From NCBI GenBank assembly GCA_965263035.1, contig OZ253580.1, positions 1,280,001 through 1,344,000 of the forward strand: a stretch of 64,000 bases of DNA. Direction: 5' to 3'. The notes beneath the pieces were generated by a model. That model had not been told where the DNA came from. It made no database searches and was given only the letters and a program-made list of their open reading frames with translations. The DNA comes from Acidobacteriota bacterium (GTDB taxonomy: Bacteria > Acidobacteriota > UBA6911 > RPQK01 > JAJDTT01). Positions within the stretch are counted from its first letter, which is position 1. The number at the start of each line of letters is the position of its first letter. The position numbers and the translations under genes were made by a program. Of this stretch, positions 38,013 to 48,932 are shown one piece after another.

Positions 38013-39536
38013 ATGAGAATGAGACTTTCGGCTCTCACGGCGGCCTTCCTGGCGCTCCCTCTGGGTGCGGCGCCCCCTGCAGAGCAGGCCGAATCCGGGA
38101 TGCCTATCGACATCGGCTCCCGACTGGAACTTTTCGTCGATCACCACCTGATCGATCGGCTGGACGGAGCGCGGCTGATGCTGGGACACCCCCAGCCGGC
38201 GGGAACCGTCCTGAAGGCGGATCGGCCGTGGGAGGGTCCCCACAACTTCGGTTTCCAGGTGATCCACGACGGCGGCGTCTATCGCATGTTCTACCGGGGA
38301 TGGTCCGAAGACGGATCCGTCGTCCTCTGCTACGCCGAGAGCCGCGACGGCGTCCGCTGGGAGAAACTCAGTCTGGGGTTGCTGGAGGTGGATGGCACCT
38401 TTGAGAACAACGTGGTGGCCGTGGTCGACGAGACCGGTCGCCGCCCGGTCCAGAATCTCTATCCTTTCATCGACACCCGCCCCGGGGTGCCGGCCGCCGA
38501 GCGTGTGAAGGGGATCCGCGCCATCCTCCAGTCCAAGGAGCCCTTCCTCATGCACGTCTACCTCTACGGTTCCAGGGACTGGTTCCGGTGGAGGCGGCTG
38601 CGCAAGGAGCCCATCATCGTGAGCGGAATCCCCAACGCCTTCGATTCCTCCAACTACGTCTTCTGGTCCCAGACGGAGGGACTCTACATCTGCTACTTCC
38701 GCTACATGGCCGGGCGGCCCACCGGCTCTTCGCCGGCAGGACTCCGATCCATTCAGCGAGCCACCTCCCGGGACCTGATTCACTGGTCCGAGCCGGAGGC
38801 AATGACCTACAGCGACACCGGGAGCGCGACACCCTCCGATCACTTGTACACCAACAACACGGAGCCCTATTTTCGAGCCCCCCATCTCTACGTGGGTCTG
38901 GCTGCCCGTTTTATGAAGGGCCGGCGCGTCGTCACCGACGCCCAACTGGACCGGATGCGAGTGGCTTCACAAGGAGGCCACGCCTACTACGAGGACTGCT
39001 CCGACGGGGTGCTTCTGACGACCCGGCCCGGGACCACCCGGATCGACCGGACCTTCCTGGAGGCCCTGGTGCGGCCGGGGCGGGGACCGGAGAACTGGGT
39101 CTCCCGGACCAACTATCCCCTGAGGGGAGTGGTGCAGACCGGACCCGCGGAGATGTCGTTCTTCGTGAGCCGGCACTACGCCCAACCTTCCTGGCACATC
39201 GAGCGCATGACCCTGCGCCTGGATGGATTCAGCTCCGTTCGGGCTCCCTACCAGGGAGGCGAGATGCTCACCAGACCCCTGATCTTCTCGGGAAACCGGC
39301 TGGTGATCAACTACGCCACCAGCGCGGCCGGAAGTCTTCGAGTGGAGGTCCAGGACATGGGAGGCCGGCCTTTCCCCGGATTCTCTCTCTCCGATTGCCG
39401 GGAGATCATCGGGGACGAGATCGAACGTCTGGTCACGTGGGAAGGTCGCCAGGATCTGAGTCGTCTCTCAGGGAAGCCGGTTCGGCTGCACTTCGTCATG
39501 AAGGATGCGGATCTCTACTCCATGAGATTCCGATAG
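38013..39536 (+). CDS. Secreted beta-propeller GH-like protein (paralog 6)
   Basis: Signal peptide; IGSRLELFVD, CYAESRDGVRWEK, FDSSN, YFRAPH, NWVSRTNY, DGFSSV, DADLYSMRF. Confidence 0.78.
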   Translation: MRMRLSALTAAFLALPLGAAPPAEQAESGMPIDIGSRLELFVDHHLIDRLDGARLMLGHPQPAGTVLKADRPWEGPHNFGFQVIHDGGVYRMFYRGWSEDGSVVLCYAESRDGVRWEKLSLGLLEVDGTFENNVVAVVDETGRRPVQNLYPFIDTRPGVPAAERVKGIRAILQSKEPFLMHVYLYGSRDWFRWRRLRKEPIIVSGIPNAFDSSNYVFWSQTEGLYICYFRYMAGRPTGSSPAGLRSIQRATSRDLIHWSEPEAMTYSDTGSATPSDHLYTNNTEPYFRAPHLYVGLAARFMKGRRVVTDAQLDRMRVASQGGHAYYEDCSDGVLLTTRPGTTRIDRTFLEALVRPGRGPENWVSRTNYPLRGVVQTGPAEMSFFVSRHYAQPSWHIERMTLRLDGFSSVRAPYQGGEMLTRPLIFSGNRLVINYATSAAGSLRVEVQDMGGRPFPGFSLSDCREIIGDEIERLVTWEGRQDLSRLSGKPVRLHFVMKDADLYSMRFR

Positions 39537-39602
39537 AAGCAGAATCCACGGAACCTCCGGGAGGTGCGTCCTGCCGGGATCGGGCGCGCCGCTGCTTCCA
39601 GC

Positions 39603-40973
39603 TCAGTACGGTTCCGTAACCCCGAACAAAGGCGGGTTGCTCATCCACTTGCCCTGGGTGAAATCCGGGAAGTCCACCGGTGCGCTCGAGCGCCGGATCG
39701 ATTGTTCGGAGAGGGGTGAGATCGCCATCCAGGCCGCCATGTCGTAGACGTCGATGGGGGTGTCGATCTTCCGCTTGATGCACTCCTTGAAGGCCCTCAG
39801 CTCCAGAAAGTCGGTTCCGCCATGTCCTTTGCGGATGCCCTGGGCCAGGTATCTCCTCCACAGCGGATGTTCGTACCCTTCCTGAAATCGATCGAAGGAC
39901 TGCCACCGGTGCGGTGGCTCCATGCCGTCCAGGTAGATCATGGACTTGTCCTTCGAACGGCTGTCCGCATCCTGCATCCAGATGCCTTTCGTACCCTGGA
40001 CCACGTACAGGAAGGAGTTGGGTCGGGGCAGGCGAGTGTCGAACTTGACGACCACCGTTTCCTCATTCGCGCACTTGATGGTCGTGGTGACGAGATCGCC
40101 CTGCTTCCAGGCGATGTTTCGACGCGGGTGACCGGCCGGAAGATTCTCCTCGGACCATTTGCCCAAGCCTCGTGACTTGGTCGCCATCGAGGTCAGGTAC
40201 TCGAAACGGTTCCCCCGCTGAATGTTCAGGCAGTGGGCGATGGGACCGATGCTGTGGGTCGGATAGAGCTCTCCGTTGCGGTACTGGTTGTGCGTGGAGC
40301 GGTAGTCCCCCTCCCCCTTGGGAGTGGGGCCCGTGCCCTTTCCCAGGACCAGGCGTTCGCGCAGATCGTGGGCATACCCGCACTGGCAGTGGATGAGTTC
40401 CCCGAATACGCTCTCGCGGACCATTCTGAGGATCGCCATGTTGTATCGGGCATAGCAGTTATTCTCCAGGAGCATGCAGGGAACCCGGGTTTCCTCGTAG
40501 GTCTCCACCAGTTCCCAGCACTCTTCGATGGAGTTGGCCGGGCCGACTTCGACTCCCGCATAGATTCCGGCCTTCATGGAATCGACGGCCATGGGGATGT
40601 GCAGCTCCCAGGGAGTGGCGATGACGACACCGTCGAGGTCGTCGCGTTGCAGCAACTCGAGGTAGGAGCGCTCATCCTTGCCGTACCCCTCGGGACGTGA
40701 GCGGCCCGACTCCTCGACCGCGTCCTGAGCTCGACGCAGGTTGTCGGGGGCGATGTCGCAAACCGCTGGTATGCTCACGTCGAAAAACCCCAGACACAAC
40801 CTCAGGAGCTTCGATCCCCGGCCTCCTATGCCAATCAAGCCGAGGCTGACCTTCCGGTCATCGGCGCCCTTCAGGATGGCGGGCGTCAGACCGAGTCCAA
40901 GGCCGGCAACGGACACCTGCTTGAGGAAACCTCGGCGGTCGGATGGCGAAACGCTCATGTTCTGTCGGTTCAT
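39603..40973 (-). CDS. Tat-exported NAD-dependent glycosidase, GH109-like (alpha-N-acetylgalactosaminidase family)
   Basis: DRRGFLK Tat motif, IATPWELH, MLLENNCY, GYAHDLR, LYPTHSIGP, GHGGTDF; RBS AGGAGG. Confidence 0.82.
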   Translation of the reverse strand: MNRQNMSVSPSDRRGFLKQVSVAGLGLGLTPAILKGADDRKVSLGLIGIGGRGSKLLRLCLGFFDVSIPAVCDIAPDNLRRAQDAVEESGRSRPEGYGKDERSYLELLQRDDLDGVVIATPWELHIPMAVDSMKAGIYAGVEVGPANSIEECWELVETYEETRVPCMLLENNCYARYNMAILRMVRESVFGELIHCQCGYAHDLRERLVLGKGTGPTPKGEGDYRSTHNQYRNGELYPTHSIGPIAHCLNIQRGNRFEYLTSMATKSRGLGKWSEENLPAGHPRRNIAWKQGDLVTTTIKCANEETVVVKFDTRLPRPNSFLYVVQGTKGIWMQDADSRSKDKSMIYLDGMEPPHRWQSFDRFQEGYEHPLWRRYLAQGIRKGHGGTDFLELRAFKECIKRKIDTPIDVYDMAAWMAISPLSEQSIRRSSAPVDFPDFTQGKWMSNPPLFGVTEPY

Positions 40974-41021
40974 CCTGTTCCTCCTGGCCCGACCGAGCCG
41001 TCTTCCCGGCGGCAAGGTCGG

Positions 41022-41180
41022 TAGTCCGTGGCGAAAGTCGTCACGCCATTCCACTGGGTCTGCATTCCGACAGACCGGGTTGCTTCTCGATCACATAGGG
41101 TCGAATAGGTTCCCTCGTCGCGCCTTGTCCGGCGGACGCAGCCCCCGTCTCGGCGCTACGCAGGATTTCTACCACGGGAG
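41022..41180 (-). mobile_element. Diverged MITE family B relative
   Basis: AGTCCGTGGCGAAAGTCGTCACG...CGCGCCTTGTCCGGCGG...ACCACGGG; same length and shared blocks with copy 2, but many substitutions. Confidence 0.65.
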
Positions 41181-41296
41181 GGAGAAATAGACTGTCCCCT
41201 TTTCGCCCTTTTCGGTCGTCCCGTGCCAAGGCGGCTCAACGCGCCTGAACTGTTTCATTGACCGGACGTTGTCGACATACTACTCGTCAAGGACCG

Positions 41297-42477
41297 ATGT
41301 CGCGTCATCGTATCTTCCAACAGCTCATCATCCTCGGCTGTAGTCTTCTTGCGGCCTTCAGCCCAGGCTGCTCCCTGCAGCGCAAGCCCAACATCGTCTT
41401 CATCCTCGCCGACGACCTGGGCTACCGCGAGCTGGGCTGCTTCGGCCAGGAGCTGATCCGCACCCCCAACCTGGACCGCCTGGCCCGGCAGGGGATGCGG
41501 CTGACGCAGCACTACTCGGGCAGCCCGGTCTGTGCTCCCTCCCGTTGCGTCCTGATGACCGGGAAGCACCCGGGCCATGCCTACATCCGCAGCAACAAGG
41601 CCACGCCACCCGAGGGTCAGGAGCCCATCCCCTCCGCGGAGATCACCCTGCCGGAATTGCTGCGGACACAGGGGTACGTCACCGGGGCCTTCGGCAAGTG
41701 GGGACTGGGTGGACCCGGATCCAGCGGAGACCCGCTGCGGCAGGGAATGGACCGATTCTTCGGATACAATTGCCAGAGCCACGCCCACAGCTACTATCCC
41801 TCCTACCTGTGGAAAGACAATCAGCGCATCCCGCTGCGGAACGATCCACCGGTTCCCGGGCACGCCGGCCTCGCCCCGGGAGACGACCCTTCCGATCCAC
41901 GCAGCTACGATCGCTTCAAGGGGCCCGACTATGCGCCCGACCGGATCAACGGCCAGGCGTTGGAGTTCATCCGGGCCAACCGGAACCGGCCGTTCTTCCT
42001 CTACTACCCGACCATCATTCCGCACTTGGCGCTTCACGTACCCGACGAGGAGCTCGAGCCCTATCTCGACCTGGGGTGGGAGGACCCACCCTTCTGGAAC
42101 TGGTCGGCGCCCCCCAGGCCAAGCCGAAGAAGATCGATGGAATCAGCCTGGCACCCACACTGCTCGGGCGAAGACAGGACCCGCGACCATTCCTGTACCG
42201 TGAGTTCCCCAGCTACGGAGGGCAGCAGGCGGTGCGCGTAGGAGACTGGAAGGCCGTCCGGCAGAACATGAACGATGGAAATCTCGAGGTCGAGTTGTAC
42301 CATCTCGCTCAGGACATCGGTGAGCGGAACAACATCGCCGACCGGCATCCGGAGGTGGCGTCGGAGCTCACCGCACTGATGGAGAGGGAGCACACGCCAT
42401 CCAGGTTGTTCCCACTGAAACCGCTGGACTCGCCACCAAGCAACTCGGAGGCAGCGAAGGGAGTCCACCTTCGATGA
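41297..42477 (+). pseudogene. Sulfatase with an internal deletion and frameshift
   Basis: Intact N-half (PNIVFILADDLG, VCAPSR, GKWGLG, PHLALH) breaks near 42090 into another frame giving PTLLELVG...IDGISLAPTL...AVRVGDWK...ELYHL; the SDNG/EGGIRVP segment is missing. Confidence 0.82.
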
Positions 42478-43937
42478 GCCTCCTGCGAATTCTGATCCCT
42501 CATCTGGTGCTTCTCTTCCTTCTGACGGACCCTGGCGCAGCCGCGGCCCGGCCCAACGTCGTCTTCATCCTGACCGACAACCACGGCGCCTGGACCCTCG
42601 GCTGCTACGGCAACCAGGACATCCGGACTCCGAATATCGATCGGTTGGCTTCCGAGGGAATGCTCTTCACCCGGGCAATGAGCAGCAATCCCGTCTGCTC
42701 CCCGACCCGCGCCACCTTCCTCACCGGCCTGATCCCGTCGCAGCACGGCCTCCACTCCTTCCTCGACAACAAGTACATGGTCGGCCCCGAGGCCTACTAC
42801 ACCCTGAAGGAGTTCGAGACGCTGCCCCGGATCCTGCACTCCGAAGGCTACGTCTGCGGTCTCAGTGGCAAGTGGCACCTGGGGGCCAACATGACGCCGC
42901 AGGACGGGTTCTCCTACTGGATCACGATGGTGCGGGGAAGTACGAGAAGCTTCTACGAAGACCCCATCATCCAGGACGGCGAGATCAGGAAGACCCCCAG
43001 GTACATGACCGATCTCTGGACCGAGCACGCGATCCGCTTCATCGAACAGAACCAGGGTGGTGAGCAGCCGTTCTTCCTCTATCTGGCCTACAACGGACCC
43101 TACTGCCTCGGACCGCTGCTGCTGGAGCCGGCGCGCAATCGCCACGCGGAGTATTACGCAGACAAGTACCTGCCGTCCTTTCCAAGAGACGCGGTTCACC
43201 CCTGGCAGTACAACAACAAGGCCTACCACAACAACATCGTGAGCATCCGGCGGGTCGCCGCCGAGGTGAGCGCCGTCGATGACGGCGTGGGCGAGGTCAT
43301 GGCGACCCTGAAACGGCTGGGACTGGAGGAGAACACGATCGTGATCTTCGCCGGCGACCAGGGCTGGATGGGCGGCCAGAACGGGTTCTTCGGGATGGGC
43401 GATCACACCCGCCCGATCGCGGCGCATGATCTGATGATGCAGATCCCCCTGATCTTCCGCCATCCACGAGGAATCAAACCGGGGAAGAAGGACATCATGG
43501 TCAGCAACTACGACTTCCTTCCCAGTCTCCTGGAGTATCTGGGCCTGGAGCATCGGATTCCCCGGAAGCCGAAGCTCCCGGGACGCAGCTTCGCCGCCGC
43601 CCTGCGAGGCCGGAAGATCGATTGGGAGACCCGGATGTTCTACGAGATGGAGGGCTGCCGCTCGGTGCGCACCGACGACTGGAAGTACGTGGCGCGCCGG
43701 CAGCCGGACGGGCCGGCCGAACTCTACGACATGGTCAACGATCCGCAGGAGAGGTTCAATCTCTACGGCCAGCCGCAGCACGCGAGCATTCAGCAGGAGA
43801 TGGCCGAGGAGCTCCGCCGCTTCTTCGAGGAATACGCCGACCCTCAATACGACATCTGGAAGGGAGGCCGTTCCAAGGCGCGAAGGCTCCTGGCCCCGGT
43901 CGGCCACCCGGACTACCGTCCGCTCCGGAAACAATAG
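42474..43937 (+). CDS. Sulfatase (S1, Cys-type)
   Basis: RPNVVFILTDNHG, VCSPTRATFLTG, GKWHLG, GDQG, ELYDMVNDPQERFNL. Confidence 0.9.
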   Translation: MSLLRILIPHLVLLFLLTDPGAAAARPNVVFILTDNHGAWTLGCYGNQDIRTPNIDRLASEGMLFTRAMSSNPVCSPTRATFLTGLIPSQHGLHSFLDNKYMVGPEAYYTLKEFETLPRILHSEGYVCGLSGKWHLGANMTPQDGFSYWITMVRGSTRSFYEDPIIQDGEIRKTPRYMTDLWTEHAIRFIEQNQGGEQPFFLYLAYNGPYCLGPLLLEPARNRHAEYYADKYLPSFPRDAVHPWQYNNKAYHNNIVSIRRVAAEVSAVDDGVGEVMATLKRLGLEENTIVIFAGDQGWMGGQNGFFGMGDHTRPIAAHDLMMQIPLIFRHPRGIKPGKKDIMVSNYDFLPSLLEYLGLEHRIPRKPKLPGRSFAAALRGRKIDWETRMFYEMEGCRSVRTDDWKYVARRQPDGPAELYDMVNDPQERFNLYGQPQHASIQQEMAEELRRFFEEYADPQYDIWKGGRSKARRLLAPVGHPDYRPLRKQ

Positions 43938-43949
43938 AGGGGAAGAGAG

Positions 43950-45482
43950 GTGATCCCGATGAGAGGTCGTCCACGGGGGACCCGTCCCACGGTGCTGGGG
44001 ATCTTCCTGCTGCGGATGATGCTCCGCACGATTGTCCCTTTGCTGGCGCTCCTCTCCGTTATGCCTGCTGTTGCGCAAGAGAACGCGCGGCCGAACTTCC
44101 TTGTCGTGCTGGCGGATGATCTGGGTTATGGCGACCTGGCTGGTTACGGTCATCCCAGAATCAAGACACCGAACCTGGATCAGCTTGCGCGCGAGGGACT
44201 GCGGTTGACGAGCTGTTACGCGGCGGCGCCGAATTGCTCCCCGGCGCGGACTGGCTTCATGACGGGGCGGACACCCTATCGGGCCGGCGTGCACAACTGG
44301 ATTCCCATGTTCTCGCCGGTGCACCTCCGGAGGGAAGAGATCACGGTCGCGACGCTGCTGCGGGACGCTGGATACGACACGTGTCACGTCGGCAAATGGC
44401 ATCTCAACGGTGACTTCAATCTGCCGACTCAGCCGCAACCCCGGGATCATGGCTTCAACTACTGGTTTTCCACGCAGAACAATGCCCTGCCGAATCACCG
44501 CAATCCCGACAACTTCGTCCGCAACGGCAGACCGGTTGGCCAACTCAAGGGCTATGCCGCGCCGCTGGTGACCGACGAGGCCATTCACTGGTTGAAGCAC
44601 GTCCGGGACAAGACGAAGCCGTTCTTCATCTACGTTTGCTACCACGAGCCACACGAGCCGATCGCGAGCGACGAGCGTTTCACCGATCTCTATGCTTCCG
44701 ACGACCCCAGCTATCGGGCTCATCACGGCAACATCACGCAACTCGACGATTCCTTTGGAAGGCTGGCCCAGACCATCGACGAGCTTGGGTTGCGCGACAA
44801 CACCTTCGTCTTCTTCACCAGCGACAACGGGCCGGCGATCACGGGAATTCACCCGCATGGATCGGCGGGCCCCTTGCGCGACAAGAAGGGATATCTCTAC
44901 GAGGGCGGCATCCGCGTCCCGGGCATCATCCGGTGGCCGGGGCAGGTAGAGGCGGGGTCCGAGTCGGACGTTGCCGTCAGCGGCGTCGATCTACTGCCGA
45001 CGCTCTGCGATCTCGCCGGCGTGGCCGTTCCCGGCGGCCGCGCCCTCGACGGTGTCAGCATTCGACCGCTGCTGGCGGGAGAATCGCTGGAGCGGACGAC
45101 GCCACTCTATTGGCACTTCCTGCGGGCCCGCGGAAAGCCCAAAGTCGCCATGCGCTCAGGGGACTGGAAGATCCTCGCGCATCTGGACCAGCCCGACCTG
45201 CCGGTCACTGCCGACATCGTGCCCGATGAGATGCGGATGCTGAAGACTGCGAGCCTGGCGCGGTTCGAACTGTACAATCTTCGCGACGACCTTGGTGAAA
45301 CCAGGGACTTGGCGGAACGAGAGCCGCAGCAGCTTGCCAGACTTGCTGATCAGTTGCGGTCGATGTATGCCGAGGTCCAGGCGGAGAGCCCGTTGTGGCC
45401 CGCCTGGAAGTGGCCCCGATACGAGGCGCAGCGGATCGAGTGGCCGCCGTACCGCAATCGGCCCAAGCCCGGGAACAAGTGA
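43950..45482 (+). CDS. Sulfatase (S1, Cys-type)
   Basis: RPNFLVVLADDLG, NCSPARTGFMTG, GKWHL, SDNGP, YEGGIRVP; start uncertain (43950-44019). Confidence 0.9.
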   Translation: MIPMRGRPRGTRPTVLGIFLLRMMLRTIVPLLALLSVMPAVAQENARPNFLVVLADDLGYGDLAGYGHPRIKTPNLDQLAREGLRLTSCYAAAPNCSPARTGFMTGRTPYRAGVHNWIPMFSPVHLRREEITVATLLRDAGYDTCHVGKWHLNGDFNLPTQPQPRDHGFNYWFSTQNNALPNHRNPDNFVRNGRPVGQLKGYAAPLVTDEAIHWLKHVRDKTKPFFIYVCYHEPHEPIASDERFTDLYASDDPSYRAHHGNITQLDDSFGRLAQTIDELGLRDNTFVFFTSDNGPAITGIHPHGSAGPLRDKKGYLYEGGIRVPGIIRWPGQVEAGSESDVAVSGVDLLPTLCDLAGVAVPGGRALDGVSIRPLLAGESLERTTPLYWHFLRARGKPKVAMRSGDWKILAHLDQPDLPVTADIVPDEMRMLKTASLARFELYNLRDDLGETRDLAEREPQQLARLADQLRSMYAEVQAESPLWPAWKWPRYEAQRIEWPPYRNRPKPGNK

Positions 45483-45565
45483 GGCCTTCCGGTCGCCACC
45501 TGGTTCCACATAGTGGTCTCGGGTTCGGATCCGTACCAAACTTGCGCATCGAGAGCTCGACCGGA

Positions 45566-47038
45566 CTACCACTCCAGGCGGGTGTCGTCAGGACCGAGCT
45601 CCCCGGGCCCCCGAATTTCTCGACCTTCCCGTTCGGTGAGTTTGTCCCCCAGCTCGTCCCGGACCTGGGCCGCGAATCGCTCCAGCCGCTCCACCACCTC
45701 GGGATGCTGAGAAGCGAGATCGGAGGTCTCTCTCAGGTCCTGCTTCAAATCGAACAGCTCCAGTCCGGTCTCGGCCTGATCGTAGGGGACCGGGTGGCCG
45801 CCGGTCCCTCCGGCTCGACCCGACAGGGTTCGGTATTCGTGGGGAAAGTGAAGCTTCCAGCGGCGGTCCCGCACGGCCTGCAATTGACCGTTCCGGTAAT
45901 ACGAATAGAAGACCTCGTGAGGCGAGCGAGCCCCAGGTTCCGCGAACATCAGGGATCGGATGTCCCTGCCATCGATCTTGTGTCCGGGCAGCACCGCACC
46001 GATCAGAGCGGCCACCGTGGGAAAGACATCGATCGTCGCGGCCAGTTCGTTGCACTCCGCACCCGCCGGGATCCGCCCCGGCCAGCGCATCAGGGTGGGG
46101 ACCCGGATTCCCCCTTCGAACGACGTGCCCTTGCCCTCCCGGAGTGGAGCCGCGGACCCGGCGTGATCCCCGTAGCTGAGCCAGGGCCCGTTGTCGGAAG
46201 TGAAGATCATCAGAGTGTTCCGGTCCAGATCGGTGCGTTCCAGGGCATCGAGAATCTGTCCCACGGACCAGTCGATCTCCATGACGACGTCGCCAAACAG
46301 ACCTCGCTCGCTACGTCCCTTGAACTTGTCGGATACGTAGAGTGGGACATGGACCATGCTGTGAGGCAGGTACAGCAGGAAGGGCCGATCCCGGTTCCGC
46401 TCGATGAAATCCAGGGCACGCTCGGTGTACTGGGTCGTGAGCAGTCTCTGGTCTTCCCCCGTGACCTTGGGATTGACGACCTGGTTGCCCTCGATCAGGG
46501 GCAGATCGGGAAACCGATCCCCGGCGGTGGGGTGTTCGGGCCACATGTCATTGGAATAGGGCAGACCGTAATACTCGTCGAAGCCATTCTGCAGCGGCAG
46601 GAACTTGGGATGGTGGCCCAGGTGCCATTTCCCGAAGCAGGCCGTGGCATAACCCTGGCTTCGACCCAGTTCCCCGAGGGTGACTTCCTGCTCGTGGATG
46701 CCGATGTCGGCGCTGGGCCCCAGAGCACCCGACAAACCGAGTCGGCGATGATAGCAGCCGGTCATCAAGGCCGCCCGGGATGCAGTGCACACCGCAGACG
46801 AAACCTGGAAGTCCGTGAATCGCATGCCCTCTGCCGCCATGCGGTCCAGATTGGGTGTCGGGAAACCCTGGGCGCCGAAGGGGCCGATGTCGGCGTAGCC
46901 CATGTCGTCGATGAATACCAGAATGATGTTGGGCGGGCGGGCTTCCGAAGTGTCGGGTGGGCGGGTTTGCGAACACCCGGAGAATAAGAGAACACCTACC
47001 ATCAACAAACCCCAAAGCACACTGGAATGAAATCTCAA
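45566..47038 (-). CDS. Sulfatase (arylsulfatase A-like) lipoprotein
   Basis: TTG start after AAGGAGG; LFSGC lipobox; [52 protein letters not shown]. Confidence 0.9.
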   Translation of the reverse strand: MRFHSSVLWGLLMVGVLLFSGCSQTRPPDTSEARPPNIILVFIDDMGYADIGPFGAQGFPTPNLDRMAAEGMRFTDFQVSSAVCTASRAALMTGCYHRRLGLSGALGPSADIGIHEQEVTLGELGRSQGYATACFGKWHLGHHPKFLPLQNGFDEYYGLPYSNDMWPEHPTAGDRFPDLPLIEGNQVVNPKVTGEDQRLLTTQYTERALDFIERNRDRPFLLYLPHSMVHVPLYVSDKFKGRSERGLFGDVVMEIDWSVGQILDALERTDLDRNTLMIFTSDNGPWLSYGDHAGSAAPLREGKGTSFEGGIRVPTLMRWPGRIPAGAECNELAATIDVFPTVAALIGAVLPGHKIDGRDIRSLMFAEPGARSPHEVFYSYYRNGQLQAVRDRRWKLHFPHEYRTLSGRAGGTGGHPVPYDQAETGLELFDLKQDLRETSDLASQHPEVVERLERFAAQVRDELGDKLTEREGREIRGPGELGPDDTRLEW

Positions 47039-47313
47039 CGCGATTCCTCCTTTGCCCTTCCAGGCGAGTGCCCTTCCAGGCGAGCACAATCCGTCCCAAG
47101 AGATTGAAGAACGGAGACCCGGCACTGCCCCCCCTGCCCGGAAGAAACAGACTGTCCCCTTTTCGGTCCGTCCCCTTTTCGGTCCTTTCGAGTCCAGACA
47201 TCGGATTGAAGGGTTTTTAGCGGCGACCCCGGGCCGCCGTGAGAGCCGAAATTCAAAAGAAAGCATACTTTGGTCTAAAGTCCAGGGCGACGACTGATAC
47301 CATTCGAGCAGTT

Positions 47314-48531
47314 GTGAACTTTCTCTTTCCAACTACCGTTGCATGTTTACTGGTCACCGGCATGGGGCTTGCCCTGCTGGGCAGCGTGAAACTGGCGCTG
47401 GCGCAGAAGCTCCGGATCGACGAGGCCCAGGTCGGCGGGTTGGTGTCGCTTTTCGGGTTCACCATGATTCCGGTGATCCTCACAACCGGCTTCCTGACCG
47501 ATCTGATGGGGCGGCAGGTGATCCTGATCGGCGGGACGATCCTGATGGCGCTCGGCCTGCTGGTGCTGGCGGCCTCGCGCCGCTACGCCACAGCCCTGGT
47601 TTCGGTGCTCCTGCTCAGTGCCGCCTGGGCGGCGCAGATCAACGTGATCAATGTGCTGGTGCCTCACGTGCTGCAGCCTCCCGCCTTTCTCTCCGGGGAT
47701 ATTCCGGCGATCTCCTTTGCCACGAACCTGGGGAACGTGTTCTTCGGCCTGGGTGCATTCCTGACTCCGCTGACGGTTTCCTGGGCGTTTGGCCGCCTCG
47801 GGCTCGCTTCGGGCCTTCGGCTGCTGGCCGGACTGGTGGTCCTCCAGGCGGTGATGGCAGGGTTGTCCGAGTTTCCCGCGGCGATGTCGGCGGGAGAGGG
47901 AGGCAGCATCATGAGCTCGGAGACCTGGTCCCTGCTGGGCGATCCGATCATGTGGCTCTGCGCCATGGCGTTGTTCTTTCACGGTCCGCTGGAGGCGGCG
48001 ATGGGCGCCTGGACCACCACCTTCCTGGGCAACAGAGGGGTTCCCGAGGCCAGGGCGGCGACCCTGCTCTCGGCCTTCTGGCTGGCCTTCATGGCGTCGC
48101 GCCTGTTCACCGCGTTCGTGCTGGGTCCGTTTACCGCGCGAGTCGTCTCCGGACTGGGACTGGAAGCCCAGAGCGAAGCAGTGCTGATCCTGGTCCTGGC
48201 TCTGGGCTGCGTTGGGGTCACCTCGGGCGTGGTCTGGAGCGGGACCCAGAGGACGGCGATCGCTTTCGTCATCGCGGCGGGCCTGGTCTTCGGTCCGATC
48301 TTTCCTTCGATCATGGCGCTCCTCCTCGGTCATTTTCCGGGCCCGGTGCAGGGACGAGCGGTAGGACTGTTGTTCGCCATCGGAGGCCTGGGCTGGACCT
48401 TCATCCCCATGTCGATCGGCGCCTATGCGCAGCGGACGAACGTGCAGCGGGGTTTCCTGATCGCGGTCGGATCGGCGATCGCCCTGTTCCTGGTGGCGGG
48501 GCTCTTGACCCTTACGGCCACCAGCGGCTGA
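47314..48531 (+). CDS. MFS transporter (FucP-like sugar/H+ symporter)
   Basis: About 12 hydrophobic segments; GFLTDLMGR loop motif, [15 protein letters not shown]. Confidence 0.82.
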   Translation: MNFLFPTTVACLLVTGMGLALLGSVKLALAQKLRIDEAQVGGLVSLFGFTMIPVILTTGFLTDLMGRQVILIGGTILMALGLLVLAASRRYATALVSVLLLSAAWAAQINVINVLVPHVLQPPAFLSGDIPAISFATNLGNVFFGLGAFLTPLTVSWAFGRLGLASGLRLLAGLVVLQAVMAGLSEFPAAMSAGEGGSIMSSETWSLLGDPIMWLCAMALFFHGPLEAAMGAWTTTFLGNRGVPEARAATLLSAFWLAFMASRLFTAFVLGPFTARVVSGLGLEAQSEAVLILVLALGCVGVTSGVVWSGTQRTAIAFVIAAGLVFGPIFPSIMALLLGHFPGPVQGRAVGLLFAIGGLGWTFIPMSIGAYAQRTNVQRGFLIAVGSAIALFLVAGLLTLTATSG

Positions 48532-48932
48532 GTGTGGAGCTCGATCCGGGCCGAATTGAAACTCAACCTGGCAACCTGTCCTTTCGTCGCCAGTTCCAAG
48601 GGAACCGGGGTCCCCGGCACGACTATCTGTCGGCTCCGCTCGGGGTACCCGCCGGAAAAAGGTTCCTGGCGCCGGACCGGAGAGGCGGAACGCCTCACGG
48701 CACCGCGATCCGATTGCAGCTTCGCCTATGAAAGATCGCAAGCGATTGACGGGCGCCCGTTACGGTGCGAAGCTGCGGAAAACGTGAGGGCTCTCGGTTG
48801 CCCACCCTCCGACGCAGAGAGGATTGTGCCGTTGCCCAGCTCCATCTAGCCTGCACGGATTCGAAACGGCCGGACTCTTTTGCCGGAGCCTCCGGGGCCG
48901 GATCACGCCAGGGTGACATAGAGAATTCCATT

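Noticed and set aside
42309-44858. 849 aa ORF on the - strand, and similar long antisense ORFs (258..1445, 12514..14199, 25758..27614, 50097..51947, 61694..63352)
   Set aside because: They lie opposite well-supported genes; stop-poor antisense frames are expected at this GC content.
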